From positions 1 to 35,794 of the IMG/VR virus record IMGVR_UViG_3300022832_000001: a DNA stretch of 35,794 nt, one strand, 5' to 3'. The notes beneath the pieces are model-generated. The model was not told where the DNA came from and did not search any database. It saw nothing but the letters and a program-made list of their open reading frames with translations. The stretch is from a virus (taxonomy: Duplodnaviria; Caudoviricetes). Below, in pieces: positions 18,635 through 27,595 of the stretch. Position numbers and translations under genes: made by a program. Every line of letters begins with the position of its first letter. The first letter of the stretch is position 1.

Positions 18635-19198
18635 ATGCCTATAACACTATTAATTAGACCGTCAGAAATCACAGAATTTACTCCTTTAGGTGGTAATATT
18701 GACGTTGATAAGATAAAACCCGTTATTTTAGATGTGCAAATTTCTGTAATTGAGCCTTTACTAGGCACACCTTTGTATAATAGACTATTAACAGACTTCA
18801 CAAACAACAATTTAACGGGTGATTACCTTGTTTTATACGAAGATTATCTCAAACCTATACTTAGACATCAAATATTTGCGGAATACGTTGAAATCGCAAG
18901 TTACAGCGTTGATAACGGAGGTATATTCAAGCATCAACCAAGTGATAGTCAGATAGTAGATAAAAGCGAGGTACAATATTTAGCTCAAACACAAAGAACT
19001 AAGGCGCAAATGTATCTAGCAAGAGCGCAAAAGTTTCTTATTTATAAGAATATACCAGAGTATTTACAGTATATTGACTTGGATAATAAGGTAGATAAAA
19101 TTAGACTAACGGGCGGTTGGCTAATGAGCGGCACAAGAACCGAAGATATAAGACGCGACAGACTAGACAGAAGATTTTACGATGAGAGAAATTACTAA
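18635..19198 (+). CDS. Putative head-tail adaptor
   Basis: Helical 187-aa protein after portal (IEPLLGTPLY). Confidence 0.5.
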   Translation: MPITLLIRPSEITEFTPLGGNIDVDKIKPVILDVQISVIEPLLGTPLYNRLLTDFTNNNLTGDYLVLYEDYLKPILRHQIFAEYVEIASYSVDNGGIFKHQPSDSQIVDKSEVQYLAQTQRTKAQMYLARAQKFLIYKNIPEYLQYIDLDNKVDKIRLTGGWLMSGTRTEDIRRDRLDRRFYDERNY

Positions 19199-19736
19199 CG
19201 GAAGGTTAAAGCAATGTAAAAACGCGGTTGGCGGTGTTAAGTCTGTTTATTTAGCACCTTACAAAAAGGTAACGCGTTCAAACATAGCTTATGATGGTGT
19301 AGAGTTAACGGGTTTTCCGCAAACTTTTATTTATAAGTTTGAGATGCTTGGGGCTAGTACTTTCTCGCAATCGCAACAAATTACGGACGGTGGTAAATCT
19401 TACAATCAAAGTTTATCTTTGAATTTTAGTAAAATAAGCGCTTTTGATAATGTTAATTTTAGTAAGCTACTTAAAAAAGATTATTTTATAGTAATTGAAG
19501 ATTACAACGACAACTTTTTTTTAATGGGTTTTAGAAACGGAGTAGAAAGCGAAACTTTAACAATAAGCACAAACCAAACTTATAACATTTCATTTAGTGG
19601 GCAAGAAGAAAATATTGCACCTTTTTGTAATAATTTAATAAACACTAGTTTAATAATTTTTGACGGATTTAACTATATTTTTAACGATAGTACAAACTAT
19701 ATTTTTCAAAACGATAACAATTATATATTCCAATAG
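19182..19736 (+). CDS. Tail-tube paralog
   Basis: ITNGRLKQCKNAVGG..VYL versus ITNGRKKQCKNAIAG..VYL in 16007; ends in NYIF x3. Confidence 0.65.
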   Translation: MREITNGRLKQCKNAVGGVKSVYLAPYKKVTRSNIAYDGVELTGFPQTFIYKFEMLGASTFSQSQQITDGGKSYNQSLSLNFSKISAFDNVNFSKLLKKDYFIVIEDYNDNFFLMGFRNGVESETLTISTNQTYNISFSGQEENIAPFCNNLINTSLIIFDGFNYIFNDSTNYIFQNDNNYIFQ

Positions 19737-21494
19737 ATGGCTTTAGTAGATAAAAAATTAACCGAACTAACCGAGATTTTAAGCGTGCCTGACAACGCAT
19801 TTATACACGTTGTAGATCCTAACGATGTTTCGCAAAGTCCGCAAGGATCTAGCTATAAGGCTAAAAAATCGACAATTGGTGGTGCGGTTAAAGCACAAGT
19901 TACAGTTAGTGGAACTGTTAAGGTAGATTCAAACAATTCAGACCCTGTAGTATATTTAAAAGGTTCAGTCGATGCTTTACTGTCTGAAAAGCAAAATACT
20001 TTGGTAAACGGCATTAACATAGCTAGTATTAACGGTCAAAACTTATTAAATGGTGGTAATATTGAAATAGCAAACACTCCAATTACAATTGATGCCGAAG
20101 TATTACAAAACAGTACAAATGCAGTAAGTGGCGGTGGTGTTTATGATTTTGTGCAACCAATTTTAGAAAAAACAGTTCCAATAATAACAGATTCTTTTAC
20201 CATTTTAGATAGTGTAGATTCTAAAAGAAAAAAATTAACATTTGATAATTTAATAAATTACGTTAAGGTGTTTATAGATGATTCTTTAAGCTACTTTAAA
20301 ACAATTAATTTTTTAGATGCTACAAGTTCTATACAAACACAAATAAATTCCGCATTAAACAGGACGTTTGCTCAATTAGTAGGAAGCGCAGGAATTATTA
20401 CTAATTCTGCAAGAATTTATTGGATTAATGGACTTTTTAATTCAAGTATAAATCAAGAAAGTTTAGATTTTACATTTTATAACCAACCTAATAATCAATA
20501 TAGATTTCTTAGAATGAATTCTGGAGGAATAACAACTAGAAAAGTTTATAACGGCGATAGTTATGGCTTTGAATTTCCAGAAGGAATTGGAGTAGGTGCT
20601 TTTCAACCAGAAATAACAGCAGGATTACCTATTACTATACAAAAATTTAAAACGTACATAAATACAGTTAATACAGTTTACAATCCTGCATATATATTAA
20701 CAAATAACTTTGAATTTACAATAAGAGTTATTGCAGGTACGGCTACGTTTAGTAGCACATCATTTGTTTTTTATCCTGGAGATAATGTAATCTTAAGATA
20801 TTTTTCTGGAGTTTGGACTGTATTTAATTTAAACAACCCAACACTAAACGTTTTACCTAAAAAGGGAGCGAGTGGCTTTGTAGATAGTGCCATTAGTGAG
20901 GATGCAACAAATGTTTTAAGTGCAAAAGTATTAAGATTAGCGGCTGGTTTAACACCAGTTAACGCACAGGATTTAACTCCTAAATCCTACGTAGACGCAA
21001 GCCTATCGGGAAAAATAGGAGGAACGCAAATAATCGGAAGAATACCTGTTGCAACAGCATCAAATGAGTTAGCAAGTACTCCAATAACCTATAATAGCGA
21101 AACTGGTTTACTAACAGTTTTATCTCTTAACGCAAGTCAGATTAATACAAATGGCTTGGGAATTGGAAGTGCTTTGGGTTTTCTTCAAAACGGTACACTT
21201 GGAATAGTTTCGGGTCAAAATGGATTGGCTTTTTCTACAAATTATCAAAATATAGCAAATGGTACAGAACACGCAAGGTTTAACACGTTAGGAAATTTTG
21301 GTATAAACAAAACTGCACCGACTGAAAAATTAGATGTAATAGGCAACATTCAACTATCCAACTTACTAAAACTAGGACAATTTACAACGGCAACCGAACC
21401 CGCCTACGTTAAAGGAGCATCTTTTTTTAATACGACTTTAAACAAAATACGAATTGGTGGAGCAACGGCATACGAAACAGTAACAAGTTCATAA
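19737..21494 (+). CDS. Tail fibre / receptor-binding protein
   Basis: KKLTELT start, KQNTLVNGINIASINGQNLL, KSYVD, GNFGINKTAPTEKLDVIGNI fibre-type repeats. Confidence 0.8.
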   Translation: MALVDKKLTELTEILSVPDNAFIHVVDPNDVSQSPQGSSYKAKKSTIGGAVKAQVTVSGTVKVDSNNSDPVVYLKGSVDALLSEKQNTLVNGINIASINGQNLLNGGNIEIANTPITIDAEVLQNSTNAVSGGGVYDFVQPILEKTVPIITDSFTILDSVDSKRKKLTFDNLINYVKVFIDDSLSYFKTINFLDATSSIQTQINSALNRTFAQLVGSAGIITNSARIYWINGLFNSSINQESLDFTFYNQPNNQYRFLRMNSGGITTRKVYNGDSYGFEFPEGIGVGAFQPEITAGLPITIQKFKTYINTVNTVYNPAYILTNNFEFTIRVIAGTATFSSTSFVFYPGDNVILRYFSGVWTVFNLNNPTLNVLPKKGASGFVDSAISEDATNVLSAKVLRLAAGLTPVNAQDLTPKSYVDASLSGKIGGTQIIGRIPVATASNELASTPITYNSETGLLTVLSLNASQINTNGLGIGSALGFLQNGTLGIVSGQNGLAFSTNYQNIANGTEHARFNTLGNFGINKTAPTEKLDVIGNIQLSNLLKLGQFTTATEPAYVKGASFFNTTLNKIRIGGATAYETVTSS

Positions 21495-21515
21495 TAATTA
21501 ATAAATAAAAACAAA

Positions 21516-21803
21516 ATGGCAGCATTTACAGAAGAAAGAACACCAAACGAATTTTTGGTAAGATGGAATAAAGAAGGGTTAATTCAAGGCGCACACGTAG
21601 GTTGGTTGGATACGGTACTGAAAGATGGCGTTGTACTTAGTCAATCGGAAACGAACGTCGAGAGCGTTGCGATAGGTTTAAGCGATGGTTTCCCTTTAAC
21701 CGATATACTAACACAATTGCAAGTAGATTGTATCTTAGAGCGCGAAACTTTGCTTTTAGAAATCCAAACTTTAAAAGCAGAAATTACAGAGTTGAAAAAA
21801 TAA
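21516..21803 (+). CDS. Fibre-associated hypothetical protein
   Basis: Follows fibre; C-terminal coiled coil. Confidence 0.55.
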   Translation: MAAFTEERTPNEFLVRWNKEGLIQGAHVGWLDTVLKDGVVLSQSETNVESVAIGLSDGFPLTDILTQLQVDCILERETLLLEIQTLKAEITELKK

Positions 21804-21867
21804 ATGTTAATTTTTAATTTAGTATTGTTTTAATTATTTATCTTTGGTAAAACTTAAAACATTTATT

Positions 21868-22365
21868 ATGAAAAAATTAATCGCATTATCGTTATTTTCT
21901 TTAATTTCTTACGCTCAAAATGACCACTACGGAATGGAGCAGTATGTAAGTATTACAACAGATGTAAGAAACGCAACTATTGGAAGTAGCGCAACAAACA
22001 ACAAACCCGAATTAGATTTAACATTTAGAGCGGGTGTAATTTCAAATGAAAATTTAACTATTGGAATACTTTACGAGAATTTCAATAGTTTAGATTTCAG
22101 AAAATATGCCTTTGAAATAGGGCAAAGAATAGGCAAAGGCAGGTTGCAATTTACACCGACTATCGAAGCGGGCTGGATTGAGAGATTTAAGTTAAATCAT
22201 TGGACAGTTGGAGCGAATTTACATACCGTTTATTATTTAAACGATAACTTCGGGGTATTAGTAACTAGCAACATAAGTTGGAGAACAGATTTGAATTACA
22301 ATTATGGCGGTAACAATTGGAAGTTATCGAACGGTTTGGGAATAATATACACTTTTAACAAATAA
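21868..22365 (+). CDS. Secreted outer-membrane beta-barrel-like moron
   Basis: Signal peptide MKKLIALSLFSLISYA-Q, alternating beta strands, C-terminal GLGIIYTF; own TATCTTTG box at 21839-21846. Confidence 0.7.
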   Translation: MKKLIALSLFSLISYAQNDHYGMEQYVSITTDVRNATIGSSATNNKPELDLTFRAGVISNENLTIGILYENFNSLDFRKYAFEIGQRIGKGRLQFTPTIEAGWIERFKLNHWTVGANLHTVYYLNDNFGVLVTSNISWRTDLNYNYGGNNWKLSNGLGIIYTFNK

Positions 22366-22371
22366 AATGGA

Positions 22372-22701
22372 ATGACTAACGAGCAATTATCAAGAGAATT
22401 AAAAATAGTTTACGAAAAATTAGATAGCGAGCAAAGCCACAGAAAAGAATTAAAAAAAGACATTGATGCAATTGTAAATAGTACAAATGATTTAGTGCAT
22501 TTAATTGGTGGCTCTAATTTAAACGGAAATAAAGGAATGGTTTTCCTGCTAGATAAAATTGAGTTGAAAGTTGAAAGATTAGATAAGGATTTTTCTAGCA
22601 TACAGAAAAGCATTGATAACACACAATTTTGGGGAAAGTCTGCAATTGGTTTATTTTTTGCGGGCGTCCTATTATTAATTAAAGAAATATTTTTAAAATG
22701 A
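22372..22701 (+). CDS. Holin/antiholin-like membrane protein
   Basis: Coiled coil plus one C-terminal TM segment; lysis cassette. Confidence 0.5.
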   Translation: MTNEQLSRELKIVYEKLDSEQSHRKELKKDIDAIVNSTNDLVHLIGGSNLNGNKGMVFLLDKIELKVERLDKDFSSIQKSIDNTQFWGKSAIGLFFAGVLLLIKEIFLK

Positions 22702-22901
22702 TAAAATTTTTAACAAACATATTAAAAAGCGATACTCCAGAAAGTAGCAAGCGACTAGTAGGAGTTTTAGGCTCTATAAGTTTGATAATTTCTATGTTAA
22801 TTTATCAAACTGATACTTTGGTAAACGCTGTATTAGTTTTATCGTTGGGTAGCTTGAGTATAACGGTAGTTGACAAAATTATAAATAAAAAACAACAGTA
22901 A
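22698..22901 (+). CDS. Putative holin
   Basis: 67 aa, two TM segments, basic tail, directly before endolysin. Confidence 0.65.
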   Translation: MIKFLTNILKSDTPESSKRLVGVLGSISLIISMLIYQTDTLVNAVLVLSLGSLSITVVDKIINKKQQ

Positions 22902-22904
22902 ATT

Positions 22905-23408
22905 ATGGATTCAATTACACTAGAAAGAATTAAAACAGCACACCCAAAATTGCGTGCAGAATTAGATACGCTTTATAGAAAAGCAAACAATCAATTAGGT
23001 AAAAATGTAAGGTTACGTTTTGCTTACGTTTACAGGAGTGCTGCCGAACAAGACGCTTTATATAATAAAAGACCTAAAGTAACTAATGCAAAAGGTTGGC
23101 AAAGTATTCATAATTACGGTTTAGCATTCGATATTGTTTTGCTTATAGATAAAGATAATAACGGAACATTTGAAACAGCAGAATGGAATACAACTAAAGA
23201 TTTTGATGGTGACGGAATTGCTGATTGGATGGAAGTAGTGAAAGTTTTTAAAGATGCTGGATGGGAATGGGGCGGTGATTGGAAATCTTTTAAAGACGCA
23301 CCGCATTTTCAAAAAACATACGGTTTTGATTGGCGAGTTTTGAAACAAAGAATTGATAAAGGAATTATAATAAAAGACGATAACGGTATTACATATCCTA
23401 AAATATAA
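22905..23408 (+). CDS. Endolysin, M15 (L-Ala-D-Glu) peptidase
   Basis: YRS..EQ..LY, SIHNYGLAFD, WGGDW...DAPHFQ. Confidence 0.92.
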   Translation: MDSITLERIKTAHPKLRAELDTLYRKANNQLGKNVRLRFAYVYRSAAEQDALYNKRPKVTNAKGWQSIHNYGLAFDIVLLIDKDNNGTFETAEWNTTKDFDGDGIADWMEVVKVFKDAGWEWGGDWKSFKDAPHFQKTYGFDWRVLKQRIDKGIIIKDDNGITYPKI

Positions 23409-23872
23409 TGAAAAATTTAATAATTATTTTATCGTTGCTTATAATTTCTTGCGGCTCTCGAAAAGTAGAAGTCAAAAAAGCAAACAAAGAAACTGTTACA
23501 CAAACAAAAGAAACCAAAAAAGATAGTGCGGTTTTAGTTATAAATAAAAATGTAATTCAGACCGAAGAAAACGATATTGTAATTTACGAACCAATCGACA
23601 ATGATAAAGAAATAGTGGTTGATGGTTTAACCTACAAAAACACTCGTTTAACAAAGAAAAAAGCAAAAGTTATATTAGTAGATACAAGTAAAATTAAAGA
23701 GGTTAAAATAGCCGTTTCTACTAAACAACAAAGTAATAAAACTAAAGAGGTTCTGCAAGAAAAAAAAGTAGACAGAAAAGAAAGTTATTTTAAATATTTT
23801 TTAATTATATTTGTAATTATAATTTTAGCGTTTTTAGCAAGAAAATATTATAGTAGATTTTTTAGTTTTTAA
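23408..23872 (+). CDS. Unimolecular spanin-like lipoprotein
   Basis: Lipobox-like LIISC near N-terminus and C-terminal TM helix; after endolysin. Confidence 0.7.
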   Translation: MKNLIIILSLLIISCGSRKVEVKKANKETVTQTKETKKDSAVLVINKNVIQTEENDIVIYEPIDNDKEIVVDGLTYKNTRLTKKKAKVILVDTSKIKEVKIAVSTKQQSNKTKEVLQEKKVDRKESYFKYFLIIFVIIILAFLARKYYSRFFSF

Positions 23873-23885
23873 TAGTTTATTTTTT

Positions 23886-23962
23886 TATATTTGTTTTTTC
23901 ATAATTTTTTTTTGTTTTGGTTAGCAACTGAGAAACCCGTTATTAGTTTAGCGGGTTTTTTT
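23886..23962 (+). ncRNA. Candidate ~65-nt antisense sRNA with own -7 box and terminator
   Basis: TATATTTG 23886, TTTCATAATTTT... complementary to AAAATTATGAAA starts, hairpin 23933-23962. Confidence 0.35.
23933..23962 (+). terminator. Intrinsic terminator ending late region
   Basis: AAACCCGTTA/TAGCGGGTTT plus T run. Confidence 0.85.
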
Positions 23963-23993
23963 GCGTTTGTTAAATAAATGTTAAATAACAATT

Positions 23994-24029
23994 AAAGTAT
24001 TGTTTAATTAAATAACCACCTTATATTTG
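23994..24029 (+). promoter_or_regulatory. Bacteroidota sigma70-type early promoter
   Basis: AAAGTATTGTTTAAT; TTG 24000 - N19 - TATATTTG 24022. Confidence 0.75.
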
Positions 24030-24058
24030 CTAAAGAAATAACCAATAAAAATAAAATT

Positions 24059-24343
24059 ATGAAAGCAATTAAAAACATCTGCAACCTTTTAAAAGAAAAA
24101 GTACAAAATGATTACAATGACGAATTTAGAGATTTAGAGTTTGGAGATGGGATTCGTAAATATTTTCAAGAACTTTGGATAGGAGAAAATTTAATAGTAT
24201 TTTATTTTGTAGCTACTAAAGAAAAAAGTAAGTACAATCATTATCTGGTATATATAGATAGTATTTTTGTATCTTCTATTCTAAACAAAAACTCAATTGA
24301 AAGAAAAAACTTAAAAGACGCAATTAATTATATATTAGTATAA
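24059..24343 (+). CDS. Hypothetical early protein
   Basis: First ORF after promoter. Confidence 0.7.
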   Translation: MKAIKNICNLLKEKVQNDYNDEFRDLEFGDGIRKYFQELWIGENLIVFYFVATKEKSKYNHYLVYIDSIFVSSILNKNSIERKNLKDAINYILV

Positions 24344-24522
24344 TGAAATACCTAATAAAAGAATTAACCGATATGGCACAATTGAAAATAGAGTTTTTAA
24401 TTAAAAATTCTGCACGTTGTAAGTTATTAGGATTAGATAACCTAGCCACAAAATACGCAAACGACGTTGAGAGATACGTAAAAATTAAAAACTACTTAAT
24501 AACCAGATTAAAAAAATACTAA
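24343..24522 (+). CDS. 59-aa hypothetical protein (absent from ORF track)
   Basis: TAATG-coupled at both ends. Confidence 0.65.
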   Translation: MKYLIKELTDMAQLKIEFLIKNSARCKLLGLDNLATKYANDVERYVKIKNYLITRLKKY

Positions 24523-24641
24523 TGATAACAGATAAGCAAATTTTAAAATTTATCAATAAAGATAGTTTTAGAAATATTAAAGATGTTTCTCCAAAATTAA
24601 AAGAAATAATAATAGAAATTTTAACCAATAAAACCAAGTAA
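24522..24641 (+). CDS. 39-aa hypothetical protein (absent from ORF track)
   Basis: TAATG-coupled, MITDKQILKF. Confidence 0.55.
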   Translation: MITDKQILKFINKDSFRNIKDVSPKLKEIIIEILTNKTK

Positions 24642-24642
24642 A

Positions 24643-24774
24643 ATGGAAAATGTAATTGAGTACCAAGCGCAAAGAATTTTAGCTTTAGAGCAAAGAATAA
24701 AGGAGTTAGATCGCGAACTTTCAGACGCAAAAGAAATATTATCAGAAATACTAACAGATTTGAAAAATAATTAA
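24643..24774 (+). CDS. 43-aa coiled-coil protein (absent from ORF track)
   Basis: MENVIEYQAQRILALEQRIKELDREL... Confidence 0.65.
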   Translation: MENVIEYQAQRILALEQRIKELDRELSDAKEILSEILTDLKNN

Positions 24775-24776
24775 TT

Positions 24777-25010
24777 ATGAAAATATCTGAATTACCTAAA
24801 AAAATTAGAAAATTAGCCTTAGAAAATATTTATAATCAAGGAAAAAATATTGAAGAACAAGATTTAACAATTGCTTTTATTTGGCAAGATTCTAAAGAAG
24901 GAAATGCTTTTTGGAATAAATGGAATAAAAAGCCAATAAAACTAGAAAACAGAATTATTTACTTAGAGTTAAAAATTGAAGAATTAATAAATAAATTAAA
25001 AACCAATTAA
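24777..25010 (+). CDS. Hypothetical protein
   Basis: Packed ORF, AFIW..S.EG..FW motif. Confidence 0.7.
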   Translation: MKISELPKKIRKLALENIYNQGKNIEEQDLTIAFIWQDSKEGNAFWNKWNKKPIKLENRIIYLELKIEELINKLKTN

Positions 25011-25011
25011 T

Positions 25012-25251
25012 ATGAGAACAATTCAGAACACACAAGTAGACGTTACTAATTTTACGGTAGAGAAAATTTACAAACTTTGCAAAGGGTTGCATATCTGGAA
25101 ACATAATGCGGCACTTGAACGCAAAGAGGGCGAAAGTTGTTTCTTTACTAAATTTCGTTCAGATGACGACTATTACATTAGAATGACAAAAGATGAAAAA
25201 AAAGAAGTTATAACTTTTGAAGAATTTAATTTGCTGAAAAATGAAATATAA
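25012..25251 (+). CDS. Hypothetical protein
   Basis: Packed ORF. Confidence 0.7.
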   Translation: MRTIQNTQVDVTNFTVEKIYKLCKGLHIWKHNAALERKEGESCFFTKFRSDDDYYIRMTKDEKKEVITFEEFNLLKNEI

Positions 25252-26521
25252 CATACCAGAAATACTAGCAATTTACCAAGCCAACGGAAACAAAACTAAA
25301 ACCGCAAGAAAATATTGCGAATTGAACGGTTTAATTTTTAATGATAACTTAAGACGTTTGATTGCTTTATGCATAGCAAAAAATATCGATTCAGACTTTG
25401 AAATTGAAACTAAAACCGAAACAATCCAATACAAGCAAAATGAGGTTAGTTTGCCTAGTGCCTGGAGCATAGATAAAAATAGATTTTACACTATTGACGA
25501 GTACTGCGATGTTTACGGACTTGAAAAATCTACTGTTAAAAGTTCTAAACTTGTAAGTCATAACGCGTCGCATATGGTTTATAATATAGCGTTCTTTACT
25601 GAAGAAGAAGAAGCCGTTATAAATATAAACGATAATTTAGAATCTGTAATAGGTAAATTTATAAAGCCTATATTTTTAGATATAAATCCAAATAAAATAA
25701 ATAACTTAGATTATTTTGATAGGTTGGTTTATACAGATGTTCATATCGCTATGGATGTTAACGGCAAAGATGGCGACAGTTTATACAGCGGTGTTTGGGA
25801 CAAAGTAGAAGTTTTAACGCGTTTAAATTTAATGATTTCCCACGTTTTAGAGTTTCAAAAATCAAACATTTTAGTTATAGATGACCTAGGCGATTTCTTA
25901 GATGGTTTAAACGGTCAAACAACGCGTAAAGGTCACGACTTGCCACAAAATATGAATGACAAAGAAGCGTTTGAATTAGCCTTAGAATTTAAACTTACTT
26001 TGTTAGATACTTTGGCTTTGCACTATGATGAAATAATTTGCAATAACATTACTAATGACAACCACAGCGGACTGTTTAGTTATTTTGTTAGTAGTGCATT
26101 TGAAAAAATAGTAACGGCAAGGTATTCGGGAAGGATAAAAGTCAATACTATTAAAAAGTTTATAGATCATTATACTATTTGCAATCATACTTTTGTAATT
26201 TCGCACGGTAAAGATATAGGAGAGCAAAAATTTGGATTTAAGCCTAAACTAGACGCAATACAAGCTGAAAAAATAGATCAATTTTGCAAACAATATAAAC
26301 TTTATAACGGCAATTTTATAGAGTTTAGCAAAGGAGATAGCCATCAAGCAATATACGACGATACAACTAGTAACGATTTTAGTTATTATAATTATCCAGC
26401 ATTTTCTCCACCTTCAAATTGGGTAAAAACAAACTTTAAAAATTCAAAATCTGGATTTAACTTTTACAATATTAACAAAACAAAAAATATAAAAATAGCA
26501 ATACCTTATTGGTTTGCATAA
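25241..26521 (+). CDS. Calcineurin-like metallophosphoesterase with N-terminal extension
   Basis: TDVH, LGDFLD, NDNH, SHG, GDSH motifs in order. Confidence 0.75.
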   Translation: MKYNIPEILAIYQANGNKTKTARKYCELNGLIFNDNLRRLIALCIAKNIDSDFEIETKTETIQYKQNEVSLPSAWSIDKNRFYTIDEYCDVYGLEKSTVKSSKLVSHNASHMVYNIAFFTEEEEAVININDNLESVIGKFIKPIFLDINPNKINNLDYFDRLVYTDVHIAMDVNGKDGDSLYSGVWDKVEVLTRLNLMISHVLEFQKSNILVIDDLGDFLDGLNGQTTRKGHDLPQNMNDKEAFELALEFKLTLLDTLALHYDEIICNNITNDNHSGLFSYFVSSAFEKIVTARYSGRIKVNTIKKFIDHYTICNHTFVISHGKDIGEQKFGFKPKLDAIQAEKIDQFCKQYKLYNGNFIEFSKGDSHQAIYDDTTSNDFSYYNYPAFSPPSNWVKTNFKNSKSGFNFYNINKTKNIKIAIPYWFA

Positions 26522-26531
26522 AAATTAAAAT

Positions 26532-26567
26532 AAATATTGTTTAATTAATTATAAATAGTTATCTTTG
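26532..26567 (+). promoter_or_regulatory. Bacteroidota sigma70-type promoter
   Basis: AAATATTGTTTAAT; TTG 26537 - N20 - TATCTTTG 26560. Confidence 0.7.
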
Positions 26568-26588
26568 AGAAACTAAAAAACAAAAATT

Positions 26589-27194
26589 ATGGAAAAAAGC
26601 ATTTACAAAAAGTTGCTAACAATTCAAAAAAGCGTAAACGGATTAGCAAAAGACAAGGCTAGTAATAATTACAGATATGTTACCGGCGACAAACTTTTGG
26701 GATTCGTAAAGCCTTTAATGAATGAGTTAGGTTTAATACTTAAACAAGAGATTTTAAGCATCGACAACGAGCGTATGGATTATAAAACTGGCATAGGTAC
26801 AAGTTACGAAAAGACTAAAAGCGAAATACTTTCTAAGGTAATGATGCGTTTTACTTGGATTGATTCAGAAAGCGGAGAAACCGACGTTAATTTATTTGGT
26901 GCAAACGGTCAAAATGATTGGGAGAAAGGTTTAGGTTCTGCGTTGACGTATGCTGAAAGATATTTTTTATTAAAGTATTTTCATATCGCTACTGACGAAG
27001 ATGACGTAGACAATGACAAGAGAAAGCCAGAAGAATCAAAAATGGTAGTTCCAAGTAAGCCACAGCAATCAGTTCAAGGCGTTAAACAACCAGCTAAGCA
27101 AGAAAACTTAGACAGAGCAAAGCTAGGTAATTTTACTATTGAAGAGGTAAAAGCTTTATATTTAGTAACCGCAGAACAAGAAAAAAACTACTAA
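26589..27194 (+). CDS. erf: ERF-family ssDNA annealing protein
   Basis: GSALTYAERYFLLKYFHI.TDEDD.D signature. Confidence 0.9.
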   Translation: MEKSIYKKLLTIQKSVNGLAKDKASNNYRYVTGDKLLGFVKPLMNELGLILKQEILSIDNERMDYKTGIGTSYEKTKSEILSKVMMRFTWIDSESGETDVNLFGANGQNDWEKGLGSALTYAERYFLLKYFHIATDEDDVDNDKRKPEESKMVVPSKPQQSVQGVKQPAKQENLDRAKLGNFTIEEVKALYLVTAEQEKNY

Positions 27195-27196
27195 TT

Positions 27197-27337
27197 ATGA
27201 AAGACGAAAAAATTAAAGAAATATTTTTAAAATATATTTCTAGCATAGAGGCTGAAAATTTTATGGTTTACACTTATCAGGAAGTTATAGAAATGTTGGA
27301 AAATTTAGAATCTGATTTATTAATTGAAAATATTTAA
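27197..27337 (+). CDS. 46-aa acidic hypothetical protein (absent from ORF track)
   Basis: AATTATG start, fills gap. Confidence 0.6.
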   Translation: MKDEKIKEIFLKYISSIEAENFMVYTYQEVIEMLENLESDLLIENI

Positions 27338-27338
27338 T

Positions 27339-27593
27339 ATGGGAGCAAATAGCGAATTAATGATTAGAATGAGCGAGGAGGAGTTTTACAGAATACCACC
27401 AGATATTCGCCAAAGTTACCTTAGCAGTAAAATGGTAACACCCGAGTTAAACGATTGGAGCGAGTTAATGCAAGATGAACATTACAGCGTTTTGTATTAT
27501 GCAAGTAAAAAAGTTAAACAAAATTTACAACAAAGAGCATACGATTTAAGAGAGAAAAAAAGAGAGAATTTAAGAAACAATTTAAACAAGTAA
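27339..27593 (+). CDS. Hypothetical protein
   Basis: Likely start ATG 27339. Confidence 0.7.
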   Translation: MGANSELMIRMSEEEFYRIPPDIRQSYLSSKMVTPELNDWSELMQDEHYSVLYYASKKVKQNLQQRAYDLREKKRENLRNNLNK

Positions 27594-27595
27594 TT

